Assembly: GCA_951406725.2 (NCBI GenBank)
Contig: OX597816.1
Location: forward strand, 145,638,001-145,702,000
Reading direction: 5' to 3'
Origin: Octopus vulgaris
Taxonomy: Eukaryota
Length of the DNA: 64,000 bases
Positions 27,158 through 40,139 of this stretch are shown here, piece after piece (the first letter of the stretch is position 1; each line of letters opens with the position of its first letter). Below the pieces are notes generated by a model. It saw nothing but the letters and a program-made list of their open reading frames with translations. It did no database searches and was not told the DNA's origin. The translations under genes were made by a program, and so were the position numbers.

Positions 27158-28052
27158 CGTGGCTCATCAATAAGTATTCGGACTGTCACCATAGTAATGG
27201 AACTAAAGCATGTAGAGTAAAGACGCCTTGCACTGATTGACCTTGAACTCTGTTGTACCTGTGCATAAAGTTTTAACGTTCTATCTCACTTTCACTGCTT
27301 ACAGCAGTGCTTGGAAAGAAGGTGTGTAACGTGTTATCGTCACGTTGGCTATAACAAAGTTGAGCAGATAATCTGCATCAAATATTACCACAGGCTGGGC
27401 GATATATGCTCAGAGGTTTATGCAAATTTTTCAAAATGTTTTCATTGTTCCCAACACAATCAAGGAGACCTTGTGCAACTGAAACTCGAGCGTCGTTTTT
27501 GTCAGCTGAAAGTTGTTTTGGCACAAATTTTGCAAACACACATCTCAAACCCAAACCTTCAATGATAATGGACTGAAACGAACCGTAACTAATCTGTACA
27601 TCCTCTGATAACTCACGGTTATCCCCTCACAGCTGCATGATTACCCCTCACAGCTGCATGCACATCTGCGATGTTTCCCTTAGTTCTGCTGGTTGTGAGT
27701 CTCCTAGAACGTTAGTCACTACTGACATTTCTCGGCCATCTTGGAAACGTCTGAAACACACGTACACTTGTGTGCGGCTCACACACTTCTCTCCATACGC
27801 CTTCTGCAACTTTGCACAGTCCCCTGAGCAGGTATCACCACGAGAACTTTCTCTGTCGTGGACAATGCGACGATCACACTCTACACTCATTTCTTCTAAG
27901 CCCTGCTGTAAAAAGCGAAAGGGAGCAGAATGCTAAAAGTTAGTGCAATAGCACAGCAGAGTTCAAGGTCAATCTGTGGCAAGCGGCTTTACTCTGCGTT
28001 CTTTAGCGTCGTCACTATGGTAACAGTCCTGATATTTATTGACCAGACTTCG
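27158..28052 (-). mobile_element. mariner-family derivative with two inverted 5' arms
   Basis: TA-flanked inverted ends (tacg..tcaataagtattcggactg / cagtcctgatatttattga..cgta). Minus strand encodes HTH KLQKAYGEKCVSRTQVY..RRFQDGRE and AKFVPKQLS (WVPxxL-like). Plus strand repeats the N-terminus KVEQIICIKY. Confidence 0.85.
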
Positions 28053-28437
28053 TATGTATATGCATGCATCCAATAACGAACTGCCTCAGCTCAAAACAAA
28101 CCATGCTCAAAACAAAATTTAAAAAGTCAACGCAAACATACTGACCACACAACAATTTGCCCAGAAGACAAAACCAAGGGAGACAAACATCCAAAAGCTG
28201 CCCATGAAGAGTAACGTCCCTCGATTAATTCATTCATTGCTTTCACGTGAATTCCTCAGAATCTCCGCGAACTAAACCAGAGATCGAGGCGAAAAACTGA
28301 ACTGGAGCCAAACAGCTTACTCTATGTAATTGGCTTGAAAAATGAAGACTAAGATATTTTCCTACTTTTTTAAACATGAAATCGATGGTAGGCTCAATTC
28401 ATAAATAAAGAAATTTTCGTCGTTCGATATTTACGTA

Positions 28438-28500
<63 letters not shown>

Positions 28501-28762
28501 TCACACACTTACACACGCACATAATGGTGGGCCGCTGTAATCTAGAAGTTCTTTTTCATTGTCTCTCTCTATAATTTCTCTTATTCCTTTATGTTGAAGA
28601 GCTTGAAACGAAAAAGACTGTTTCATTTTTCATACACGTGTCTTCGTCTTTTGCTTTTCTATAAATTTCAACTATACATTTATATATGTATGTGTATGTA
28701 TATACATATAAGTCTCTCTAGTTTTATTTGCCCCTCTCTTTCTTTCTCTCTCTCGCTCTTTC

Positions 28763-28814
<52 letters not shown>

Positions 28815-28837
28815 GCAACATATATATATATATATAT

Positions 28838-28945
28838 AGAGTAGCTTCCCAACCACATGATCCTGGGTTCAGTCCCACTGCGTGACACCTTGGAAACAAA
28901 TCTTATGCTATAGCCTCAGGCCGACCAAAGCGTTGTTAGTGGATG
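28838..28945 (+). mobile_element. SINE family B, 5' fragment
   Basis: gcttcccaaccacatgatcctgggttcagtcccactgcgtgacaccttgg..tatagcctcaggccgaccaaagc. Confidence 0.85.
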
Positions 28946-30172
28946 TGATTTTCAAATTTTCAAGACAGTAGAATATGATTCGTGTGAGAGTTTGCTTTGA
29001 TTTCTTGCAGCTTTTGCGTTTCTGTACACACTGAGGTCATATACGTACGAGTTATGCGTTAAATTTATGACTTTTTATTTACTTCTGGAATTGCTTAGCA
29101 CCAGACAAAACTTTCTATCTTTAACTCTATTCAGAGATATGTGTGCAACACATTTCTCATTCTTCCTTCTTTTTTGTTTATACGACAATACGTTTTTTGT
29201 TTGATGACGATAGCTGCTATAGCTATGCGGGTCGAGTCCCGCGTAGAATGATTGTGATTGTGTTTGTAAATAGACTGGTCCGAAGATGAAGATGTGTATA
29301 TTGAGAGACAGTGTTATCAGATTGAACGTTTGTACCGGAAATATATGTTGTACTAAATCATTTATCATCCTTTACATAGACGTGGCCACTGATCACGTTT
29401 ATAATAATCAGTAAAGGACTAAAAATGGATAGTAGTATTTTAGCTATACTCACCAAATAAAAACAGACAACGTTGAAATATTTCTTATCATTGTAATGCG
29501 GATTTATTGCTTGCCGAATATAGAATGTGTTAGTTTGAAAACTTTTCTTCCAATCAACATTTGGTCTATTCCCAGACTGATATCGCATTGACGAAAATGT
29601 TATTACTCTTTGGCAATTTATTACTGAAATTAAATAAGACTTGGCATTGAATCAATCCTATCCGCCAAATTAATTATTTATCACGATTGAAACCATATCA
29701 AAGATTCTTGTTTATATTTTTAAATTAATTTTTACCGTTACAATTACAACTGTATAGTTGCTACTTCTTTCTGTTTACTTAAAATAATTGTGTATACTGT
29801 AGACGTTTATGCCCCAATAGGTACTTTATTCTTAGCCAATTGGTTTGTTTTGTAGTCGTATTTGTGTCATCGAGATTATTTACCAAGCAAGCATTTCTCA
29901 GAGGTAATGAAATTCATGCAACGCTTTGTCGACTAAAGGAAAACAACTGTATAAACTTAAACGAAACGATTTGCCAGAAAACAACAAAGCAGGTAGGAAT
30001 TCATTAATTGTGAATCGGCATAGCATAATATCTTGCCGCGCATGTACTTCAATTCTGTAAGAAAGCAAAGTAACAAAAATATTTGCTGTAAATCACGAAG
30101 AGCACTATTTCAACTTCATAATATATTTATTACTATCAACATATTTCTTATTGAAAACAATTCCAAAACTCT

Positions 30173-30322
30173 GTACTCCTTGCCAAGCAGATAGCAATAT
30201 TTTATTCTAAATTAGTATAATGAAAAAATATTAACATTAATCTTTTTCGCAATATGAAACTCCTATAACCAGAATATAGGTATATCTATAATATTTGGCG
30301 CATATATTATATTGGAAACTGC
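30173..30322 (+). repeat. ~150 bp direct repeat, copy 1
   Basis: Nearly identical to 32898-33046 (a few substitutions and a 1 bp indel). Confidence 0.92.
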
Positions 30323-30387
30323 CACAAAATGATAGCTTCTTGGTAGAGAGGCGATCAACCAATGTTTTACAGTTCTATATACCCAAG

Positions 30388-30457
30388 GGCATATGTTTTA
30401 GTGGTTAAGAGCGCGTGCTACTAACCCCTATATTCCGAGTTCGATTCCAGGGAGTGA

Positions 30458-30545
<88 letters not shown>

Positions 30546-30750
30546 CATAATAATAATAATAATAGCAACATCATCGAAAAATACCCTAGGAATGAGATCC
30601 CAGTTCCGAAATTTCGGCAAGATACCTGATGAAGGCTGGAGGGTATATCAACCGAGACGTAGTGTTAACAACAAGCAAGATGAGGAAAAACATTGTTAAC
30701 AACAAGCAAGATGAGGAAAAACATATGTCAAATGTAAATAATTTAAATAA
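30388..30750 (+). mobile_element. Composite element: tRNA-like head + (AAT)n + hammerhead (uninterrupted copy)
   Basis: Head gggcatatgttttagtggttaagagcgcgtgctactaacccc..gagttcgattcc at 30388-30462. (AAT)n at 30463-30563, body gaaaaatacc.taggaatgaga.cccagtt.cgaaattt, hammerhead, then the tail aacaacaagcaagatgagg duplicated in tandem. Confidence 0.82.
30621..30666 (+). ncRNA. Hammerhead ribozyme motif, probably inactivated (GAAA>GAGA)
   Basis: gatac-CTGATGA-a-GGCTG-gagggtatat-CAACC-GAGACGTA-gtgtt. Homologous to 8420-8466. Confidence 0.65.
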
Positions 30751-32897
30751 TGAAACAACGTTTTGTTAATTAAATATGGAAAACTGAATCATGGAAATTT
30801 AAAAATGTATCTTAAATTTTCTATGAAGGATATGTCACTTTCTCAGGAAACGAATTGCCATCATCAGATTCAAATTAAATATTCTATACAAAACTTCTAT
30901 ACGAAACTTCAAAAATTAAGATGACATTCTCAATAATCTATAGCAACATATATTTCTCATGAGGTAGTGGATGAAGCCAGTGATGATAAATACTTTCCAC
31001 TTTGAAGAATGAAAACCCCTATAAAGTGGTTGACTTTAGAGTTTTTACAGCATCATGGCAGTTGTTGCTTGGTTTCTTGTGTCACTATTTGATTCTATAC
31101 TTTTGCCTATAGATTTGTAATTCCGTGACACTGAATGACTACGTTGTAATAACTGCAACTTGTAAAAAAGCAGAGCTATTTTCTTTTGTTGAGAGATCTA
31201 GTTGTATTAAGTACTTGTAACTCATTTATATGTAAATAAAATAATTTTTTTTTAATGTGAAATATTAACAAAGAGTAAAATATTCCCTAACATTGTCGAA
31301 AGTGTAAATCATTTAGAAATATGGCATCGAAATTTTATTGCACTATAATCTGATTGAAAACTGGAGAAAATAGAAACCATTCAGGAAATGATGCTATTGT
31401 TAATATAAAATATAGGGTGTAGAACGTAGAAGAAAAATATGTGTAATAGCTATATCAACATATCTAAATAAAACACAACTTCAAAAATAAGTAAAGTAAT
31501 TTAAAACCTGAGAAAGTAATGTTTTACATAGCTAACAGATGTAATGAAACAATGCCGTTCTTAGAATTTGAGGAACAGAAAACACTCAAGCAAAATATTT
31601 TCATATAAGATAAAAAGTTTCTTTGAAATATAATTTACAGAAAAGTAGCTCAGTCGCTGACAAAGCATCAGACGTAAACTCACAAATTACGAACACAAAT
31701 AACAATGCATTCATGAGCCATGATCAAAAGAAACGTAGTATGGAAGATTGAAATACCAATCGAAATACAAGCAAAATTGAGATACGGGCTGTTTCGCAAA
31801 CTTCAACAACGATGGCCGTTACGAAAAGAAACGACAAATAGACTCAACAACAGCAAAAAGGATGTAGATATCACGCACCGACTTGTGTATCATTAATAGA
31901 ACTTGTGTGCGCATTCTCTTTTTTTAGTGGAATTTTTCAGTCGGATGAAACAGTAAATTATATTAAGATAATATCTATAGTCCTTGTCTTTAGTCATACT
32001 TATGATAAAGCCTAACGCATTTGCCATTAGTGTGAAACATTTTTTCAGCGATGATGTTTCAAAAAATATATATTTCGAAGGAAAATATGTTATTTACTTC
32101 TGCATCATTTGTGCAACCTATTCTCCTGTAGAGTCTCGAAAAGTCGCACAAACCTTTATGTATTTATTTGTTTATTTATTTTTGTCGAAATAGTATATGC
32201 CATGTTACAAGTAATGATATTAGTACGAATAATGTGAGTCGGTTATCCATCTAGTCGGAAGAGAATTAAGAAAACTTACTTTCATTTTGTCATAAAGTCA
32301 TCTTCACTGTTTTAATTTCATTGATAAATTTATACTTAGGTTACATGAATCTTTTGATTCATCGGTTTACCTATACACATTTTTATTTGTTTTCAGTTTA
32401 TTATCTGTTACACTCTAGGCTGCATAGTTAATGTTAAATATCATCGATGGAGCTTTCATGCTGATAGATGGCTTGGACGTGAAATCCAAAGTATGATAAT
32501 ATATATTTCTATAATTTCGTGGCGGCACTTTGACAGTTTTAATTCCTCTATATTCTGCATCTTATACTGAAATCCAGCTACTTACTGGTTTTAAACAATA
32601 TCAACGCTCATCATACATACAACCTGACACTTGGCAAATAGGAAATTATCACGTTACTAGAAACATCGGCAATATGTTGGTCAACCACATGGCCAGACAC
32701 ACGATAGATTGAAAGAAGTCCAGGATAATCAGAAAACTTAAACAACCGCTCAATCTCATTTTTTCAGACTTGTCCACCAGTATATTAAAAAAATGTCTAC
32801 AGCTCAGTCCATTCATGTACTAGGAAGCTTACTGATACTAATTATATATTTATTTATACATATAATCCTGAATAAACTTACATGCCCTCAATAACAC

Positions 32898-33046
32898 GTA
32901 CTCCTTGCCAAGCAGATAGCAATATCTTATTCTAAATTAGTATGATGGAAAATATTAACATTAATCTTTTTCGCAATATGAAACTCCTATAACCAGAATA
33001 TAGGTATATCTATAATATTTGGCGCATATATTATTTTGGAAACTGC
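32898..33046 (+). repeat. ~150 bp direct repeat, copy 2
   Basis: Nearly identical to 30173-30322. Confidence 0.92.
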
Positions 33047-33325
33047 ATATATATGCACACGCGCACATACAAACATACACACACGCACACAGTCCCACAC
33101 ACACACACACGCACACACAAAACACACACACACACACACCCACACAAAACACACACACACGCACACACATATATAGATATGCTTATATTTTTGTAAATAG
33201 AAAGATAGAAGAGTAGAAAAACGATGAAATGTCTAATCCATAAGTAATGTATATGAATGCCGTGATAAGCTCATCGTCCTCTTTCCCATATATTGAATCT
33301 AACAAGGACACTTGAACAACCTTAA

Positions 33326-34064
33326 CCCTATTATGCCTGAAGGGGCGGTCTCTAAGAACAACGTTCTCGTTTTTTGAAGTAAGCAGATTTTTTGAAAGTA
33401 AGCAGATTTTTTTCTGATATTTTGTGACTTCTGAAATTTATACTGTTAAATGTTCACATGACTAACATTCAAAAAATTCCAACTGCCATGGAAACGGCAG
33501 GAATTGAACAGGTGGTAAAAAAAATGATGATATATCTTTTATTATTCTTGTAACATTTGATTATACAACACTGTTAACAAAAACAATAGCGAACTTTTTA
33601 TTATGGAAAGATATTTTTCTATCAATGTAGTACATTTCTGTTAAATTTCCTTATCAGAACATAAGCTGTTCTTGAAATATTTCAGTAAATAAAAAATCAA
33701 ATGAAAAAAAAAACATTGGGCAAATTTAATGACAACATAAAAAGAATACTGACTACAGTTGATATTTTAAAAATTATTAATTTTTTCTTATGCATAATAC
33801 GTATATATCTGCAAGATTTCGGGGTCTTAGACTTTATGGTCATAGAAAAATGTTCAAAAGTAGTAAAATCTAGCACATCTCTGTATATCTGATGATGTCA
33901 TCAGAAAATGCTGATGTCAGAACAAAGAAATGTTCATCTATTGATTGTCTATACATGTGCCAAGTTTCATTGACGTAGCATCTGTGATTCAGGAAAAAAA
34001 GAAGTGAGGTCTACAACCAGAAACCAAGCTTCAGGATCACCTAAAAGCCCCAGGTTATATAGGA
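33326..34064. mobile_element. piggyBac-like non-autonomous element
   Basis: TTAA-CCCTATTATGCCTG at the left end and CAGGTTATATAGGA-TTAA at the right end: imperfect TIRs with a TTAA TSD. Confidence 0.6.
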
Positions 34065-34727
34065 TTAACGTTGGAAAGCTCTCAGGAATCTATTATCATC
34101 AGCTGGTGAGAGTAATTTATGTTTCATTTGTCGAGTATAGGTTTGAAACTTCTTATTTTACGATAGCGAATCTCGCCACTAATTTTCTTACATAATACAC
34201 CTACGCACAACATACACATCAGTGTGTATACATGCGTGCATTTTATGCTATGCATGCACACATGTGTGTATGTATGTATTTATGTATGTGTGTATGTATG
34301 TGTGTGTATATGTATATATGTGTGTATGTATTTATATATCCATCTTTATATATATATATATATATAGCGAGAAATGGAGGTTGTGAGAGGTAATGGTGTC
34401 AGTAAGACTGAAAGGTGTCAGGCAAAGCTGAGTAAGTGCTATGGATAGACTATAGTTAAGCTCCAGGTTCGGTGATAATGCAAATAAGGAGTCCAAATTA
34501 TGCCATATATTAGTGTGTGTATATGTATAATGTGTGTGCATATATATATAAAATACTGTTTGATTTTATTCACAAGGTAATGGAATCTTATATGTATACC
34601 ATTCTGCCTAAATGATGGATCTACAAATGCAATATCTCTGCATATCTCACATCTGTTTTCATTCCTCCACTTCACTCTTCTTTTCGTATCTTATCTAAAT
34701 TAACTATTGCTTAACCATTTTCTCACA

Positions 34728-34778
34728 CAGTCTCCGATGAAGGGATATAATAAATATCTTTAAAACAGCTGTAAGAGC
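34728..34778 (+). ncRNA. Degenerate hammerhead motif (Penelope pLTR type)
   Basis: gtct-CCGATGA-agggatat-aataa-atatcttt-AAAACAGCTGTA-aga. Stem II is long and intact and stem III is the palindrome ACAGCTGT, but there are two core substitutions. Confidence 0.5.
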
Positions 34779-34837
34779 TTCTATTTATAAATGTTCTAAA
34801 ATCTTCACAGTCTTGTTTTTTTTAAATCTCATTCCGA

Positions 34838-34901
<64 letters not shown>

Positions 34902-34902
34902 A

Positions 34903-35092
34903 TACTCTGTTGCGTCAGGGGAGAGTCATTTTTCTTTTTGTGCCTTATAAAAGTCTTGACTATTGAAAGCGTTGCAAGACGCAACGAAAATTTTAGGAAA
35001 TTAAAAAGAAGAAATAAGTGGAAATTTTACCGGTGTGTGTATTAAATTCTAAGTCACAAAAAGAAAATGACTCTCCCCAGATACAACAGAAT
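34903..35092. repeat. ~45 bp inverted repeat with ~95 bp spacer between (TA)n tracts
   Basis: actctgttgcgtcaggggagagtcattttctttttgtgcctta pairs with taagtcacaaaagaaaatgactctccccagatacaacagaat. Confidence 0.85.
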
Positions 35093-35179
35093 ATGCTTCA
35101 ACACACGAACTCATATAAAGAATCTTGCAAACCAAATCCCAAAACGAAATATATCGATATATATTTATTTATACATATA

Positions 35180-35377
<198 letters not shown>

Positions 35378-38199
35378 CGGAGAACTTGAGCAAATGCATT
35401 TAATGGAATCCTCCGTGTATTCTCATGAATTTCGTAACGGTAATGTAAGGTTCATATAATGAAGATACCTTCGGCCTGAAGAGGAGCCTGCGGTATACGC
35501 CTCGGTTGGATAATTGCTACTTCTGGATTTCCGCTCGTTATGAAATATATATAGACCGGATTTTATCAACTCCTTTCCTAAAATTGCTGTATATATATAT
35601 ATATATGTAAGTTTTGGTAAGATTTTTACGGCTAAATAATAGTTACCTTAAGGAATATAAATCTTTCTCGGATGAGGATAAATTGAACCCACATAATTGT
35701 CAAGTGTTGGTTCACATAGAGGTCGGTTTAAGCTAATCTAATATGTTTTCGGGAACATGGTAGCAAGTATATGAAGTGTTTTATTTATTTCTACTGCTAA
35801 GTAAAGCGTTCCAGCTTTCATCACTTGATTAATAGAAATGCTTGGGAAAGCGAAGGTAATTAGCATACAATGTTAGGAATATTTTTGCTTCCTATCATGT
35901 CATGTGATTTCATTTCATTTAAACCCAGTTGCAGCATATTTGCATATGTATGAATGTCTATTAATTGCCAAAACTTTTGTCTCGGCTTATAGAAACCTTC
36001 AGTTTTTAAAGAATTTATGTCTATACATAATATACCATGTTTTGTGCTCTATCTTTAATGGCAATTAATGAAGCATCAATGAGGAATGTAACTCGTTACC
36101 ATATTTTCAATCAAGATTCTTCCTATGTCCTTTTTTATGCAATGTTCAATAAAATTATAGTAGGGCGTACAAAATTCTCATTCAGATGAAATTCATTTTA
36201 TGTCCAATGCGAAGGACGAAGCCGGCGTATTTTTATTTATTATTATTTCATTGATATGTTCAGTATTCGACTGATCTACGTTAATATATTTACTTATGTA
36301 TTTTTAATGTGTTCTCTTCTCGTTGCCACGAGTACCACAAATACAGCAATGCTGTAGTGTATAAATTCTATAAGACATAACTTTGTTACGTTACTTTATA
36401 TGAATTACATTCTCTTATAATACATGTATGATATAGTATTTCTTGAAATTTTCTTGAAGCATGAAAAAAAAAAGAAAGTTTATGAATCAACGGTTGATAA
36501 ATTTTGAAGCATTCTCAGATATTTAGCATACGTTGCTTAATTCATATACAACTACTGTTATCTCTAGGCCATTGCTGAACAAGTGGGTCTATGTTCAACA
36601 TTGGTTCGCAGTTTTATATTTTGTACCAGCCAATGACGGATATTCTAAAATCAATGGCAACGGTTTCATAGATAATTGAATGCTATTACAGGTGATTTCA
36701 GCGTCTATGTGGGAACTGTTACTTTATTTTCGTGTTACTGATGTTGCTTTTCTCATTGTTGTTTCTTGTCACAAGCTACTGAGGAGTAACTTAGTGCGGA
36801 TCAATCTTTGAATGGGCTCCGAAATTGATTGGAATGAAGAAGTTAGCTTGTACACATGAGCGTAGAGTAAATGCGTCCCAAAGAGGTGTCTTTTACAGTG
36901 AAGATCAAGTGACATGAACTAGGATGGGTCATGGATTTTCTTTGCCTGCTATTTCCTTAATTTCATCAAAATTCACTCACAAAATTAGATAGTAAGTACT
37001 GTAGGAGACCGTTATGCAAGATGTCGCACAGTTGTACTTAACCCGAAACCACATAGTTCGGAAGTCGCTCCAAATCATGTAAGCAATTCCCTTGTAGATC
37101 TATAGATTGCGTGAAATAGGAAAGATTAAGCAAGTTTTTTCATGTTTCTCCATTTCAGAAGTAGAGTATCTTTCCGTATATATAGTCAACTGTCCTCTTT
37201 CTCTTTATCAAAAAGTTAATGCAACATTCAAGAGGTTCGACATGATTCTATCAGGGCAGCGATAACATTCTAACTTCATCGCGATACGTTTGTATATATG
37301 CAAAGCAAAAAGAAGAATCATGAAAACAGTGTGGAAAAGAAATAATAAAATACTAGTATTGTATGCGACCTAATAGTTGGATTTCTTTCGAAGCCTCTCA
37401 GATCAATGCTGAGATCTTTGTACATTTTTAATGGACATAAGTACGGCTTATTGCTAGAAGTTTCCTTATGAAACTTTGATTCAATATCACTCTGTCACCT
37501 CACGGTGTAGAAGAATTATGCTCGTGGTGCATTTAACATAAAATCGGCCAACTTGAGACTTTGCGTGAAACTGAGTATATGGAAACCAGCTTAGTTGTCC
37601 CCCGGTCGTACTGGCTTCTTGCCTCACATTTGTCTTACAATGATTCTTCTATCTCAGAATTATGTTAAAAGTACATGTGTTTATAAAATGCTCAGAATGT
37701 CCACGCACTAATTCTACATCACTGAAGTGTTTCACCTCTCAACCGCTTTCATTATATGGAGGCCCGTCTGTATCCACGTTATGATTACTGTTTGCCCTTC
37801 AGCAGACACGTTTTAGTCACTTGGGTACCTGCGACGTATTTACAATTTGATAACATTGAAAGTTCTTAGTAGTCCTGCTAAATTTCAGAAGATTGCATAT
37901 ACCAGATGTGAGAAAATTTAGACTCATATATACGGAAACAATGTTAACATTTTTGTAGACTGAATACACCACAGATGTTCAATATTATAATGAATTATTA
38001 AAAATGAAGTTACAATATTTCTGAATATATCGATATATAGCTGAAAAGTGGAAAAAATATTACTGCTCGAATAGCGGCATAAAATAATGTATGTATGTTT
38101 GAATGCTTGTATGCATATGTACACTCATACATATGAGCGTATACATGCATGTATGTAAACATGTATGCATCCATTTATATATGTATATATGAATATATG

Positions 38200-38325
<126 letters not shown>

Positions 38326-38602
38326 AGTTAATACGTACACACATGAATATGAATGCGTGCATGTTTACCTTTAGTCAGAGAGAGTGCATCAGTTTGAAAG
38401 AGGGAAATACGTATCAAAACTCTTCGCTAAATTAATAAAGATAATTTCAACATAAAGCTTTGAGACAAAACTAGAAAGCTATTGGCGTCATTCCAAATAC
38501 TTCATCACAAAACTGGTCTTTGATCGATTTAATCTGCAACACGTACATATATACATGGAGTAGAAGCTCGTATGAAAAGGAGAGCTATTGAAAAGTATAT
38601 CG

Positions 38603-38640
<38 letters not shown>

Positions 38641-39227
38641 TTGATTAGCGCGAGGGAAGATTATATTGAAAAAAAAGCTACTTTTCTACTTATAAAATTG
38701 AAAACAGATAACAGGACAATCAGAGCAACAAGGAAACAAAATAAGAATTGAAACGGAAATGTTAGGTCTATTCAATGAGAAGAGAAAGACTATATTTTAC
38801 TTGTCAGTAACCAATGCGCATAAATGGTGGAAAATTACACCCTTTACAAAATTTGACAATGATTCAAAAGAATCTGGATAATAGCGGAAGCTGTAGTCTT
38901 GATTAAGTCTGTATATGATCGATATATAACTACAAAACAATCCTTACGTAAACTATCAGCATTTCACTAGTGGTAATTGCTGAAGTGTTGTTGAATATCA
39001 ATAGAAAATATTATGTCAATATTCGTCACTACATCGTTCTAAATATTGAATGCATGAAGGAGTATTAAAAATATTGGCCAATAGGTTACTGTTTGTCAGT
39101 TGAAATAGACGGTAAAGTGATACTACAAAATCTTTAGCTGGTGAGAAAATGTGTTACATTATTCTGAGTTACGGCTGTGTGTAATGTCAAAGAAATGATG
39201 TATTATCATGATTATTGAGATAATTTG

Positions 39228-39430
39228 TGGTAAAATGGCAGAATCAATAATGCACTGGAGAAATGTATTGCGATATTTATTTCTATTCTTTACTTTCAAA
39301 ATCGCCGAAATCAGCTATGACTTGTATCATTTTCGGACAGGTGCCATTCAAATACTGTAGTGTGTGTAATTGACTCTCCCTTCCCGGTAAGATTTGCTGG
39401 CTTTGTGCGTAAATTAAAAAAGATTATTAG
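39228..39430 (+). mobile_element. SINE family A, old diverged copy
   Basis: tggcagaatc..ttcaaaatcgccga..gatttgctggctttgtgc..aagattatta follows the layout of the family A variant at 39833-40042. Confidence 0.55.
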
Positions 39431-39832
39431 CGAAAGGGAGAGGCTAGAAAGTGTCAGAGAGCGTATATATCAACCTCACCATCAATCATTGCTGTGAACT
39501 GGAAAGCGAAAAGGGAAAGAAAAAGGCTAAACATTAGATTATAGAAATTAGGTAACAAAGGTGGAGTTGGATGGAAACTTCCCCAAGTAATTAGTTCGGT
39601 AGCGTGGTAAAAAAAACCACAACGAAAAATGTCCATATAACTGCACAATTGAAAATCCCCGAAGATATGTTAGTTTGCATTTTAGCGTACAAAGTTATAC
39701 GCGCTGGGAACACTTGTATCAAAGATACAGAAAGTCTAAGAGCATATAAACATACATAAAATCCCACACTAAAGAAACAACTTCATTGAACTTACGCCAA
39801 AATTGTAGATCGTGAAAATCTAGATAATAATA

Positions 39833-40042
39833 CTTTCTATTATAGGCACAAGGCCTGAAATTTGGTGGGAGGAGATTAGTCGATGACATCGATCCCAGAA
39901 TATCACTGGTACTTAATTTATCGACTCAGAAAGGATAAAAGGCAAAGTCTACCTCGGCGGAATTTGAACTCAGAATGTAGCAACGGGTGAAATACCACTA
40001 AGCATTGCGTTCATCGTACTAACGACTCTGCCAGCTCGCCAC
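39833..40042 (-). mobile_element. SINE family A (alternative 3' tail)
   Basis: Head and central domain as in family A; the tail is aaatttcaggccttgtgcctataatagaaag. Confidence 0.9.
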
Positions 40043-40065
40043 GTTTAATAATGATGATGATGATG

Positions 40066-40117
<52 letters not shown>

Positions 40118-40139
40118 CAACAATAACAACAATAATAAT

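Noticed and set aside
30388-30462. tRNA gene calls for the tRNA-like heads (also 9767-9840 and 63149-63222)
   Set aside because: No clean acceptor stem or terminator, and each continues into a repeat body, so they are SINE-type heads.
35475-35510. CTGAAGA followed by a hairpin
   Set aside because: There is no GAAA box after the stem, so it is not called a hammerhead.
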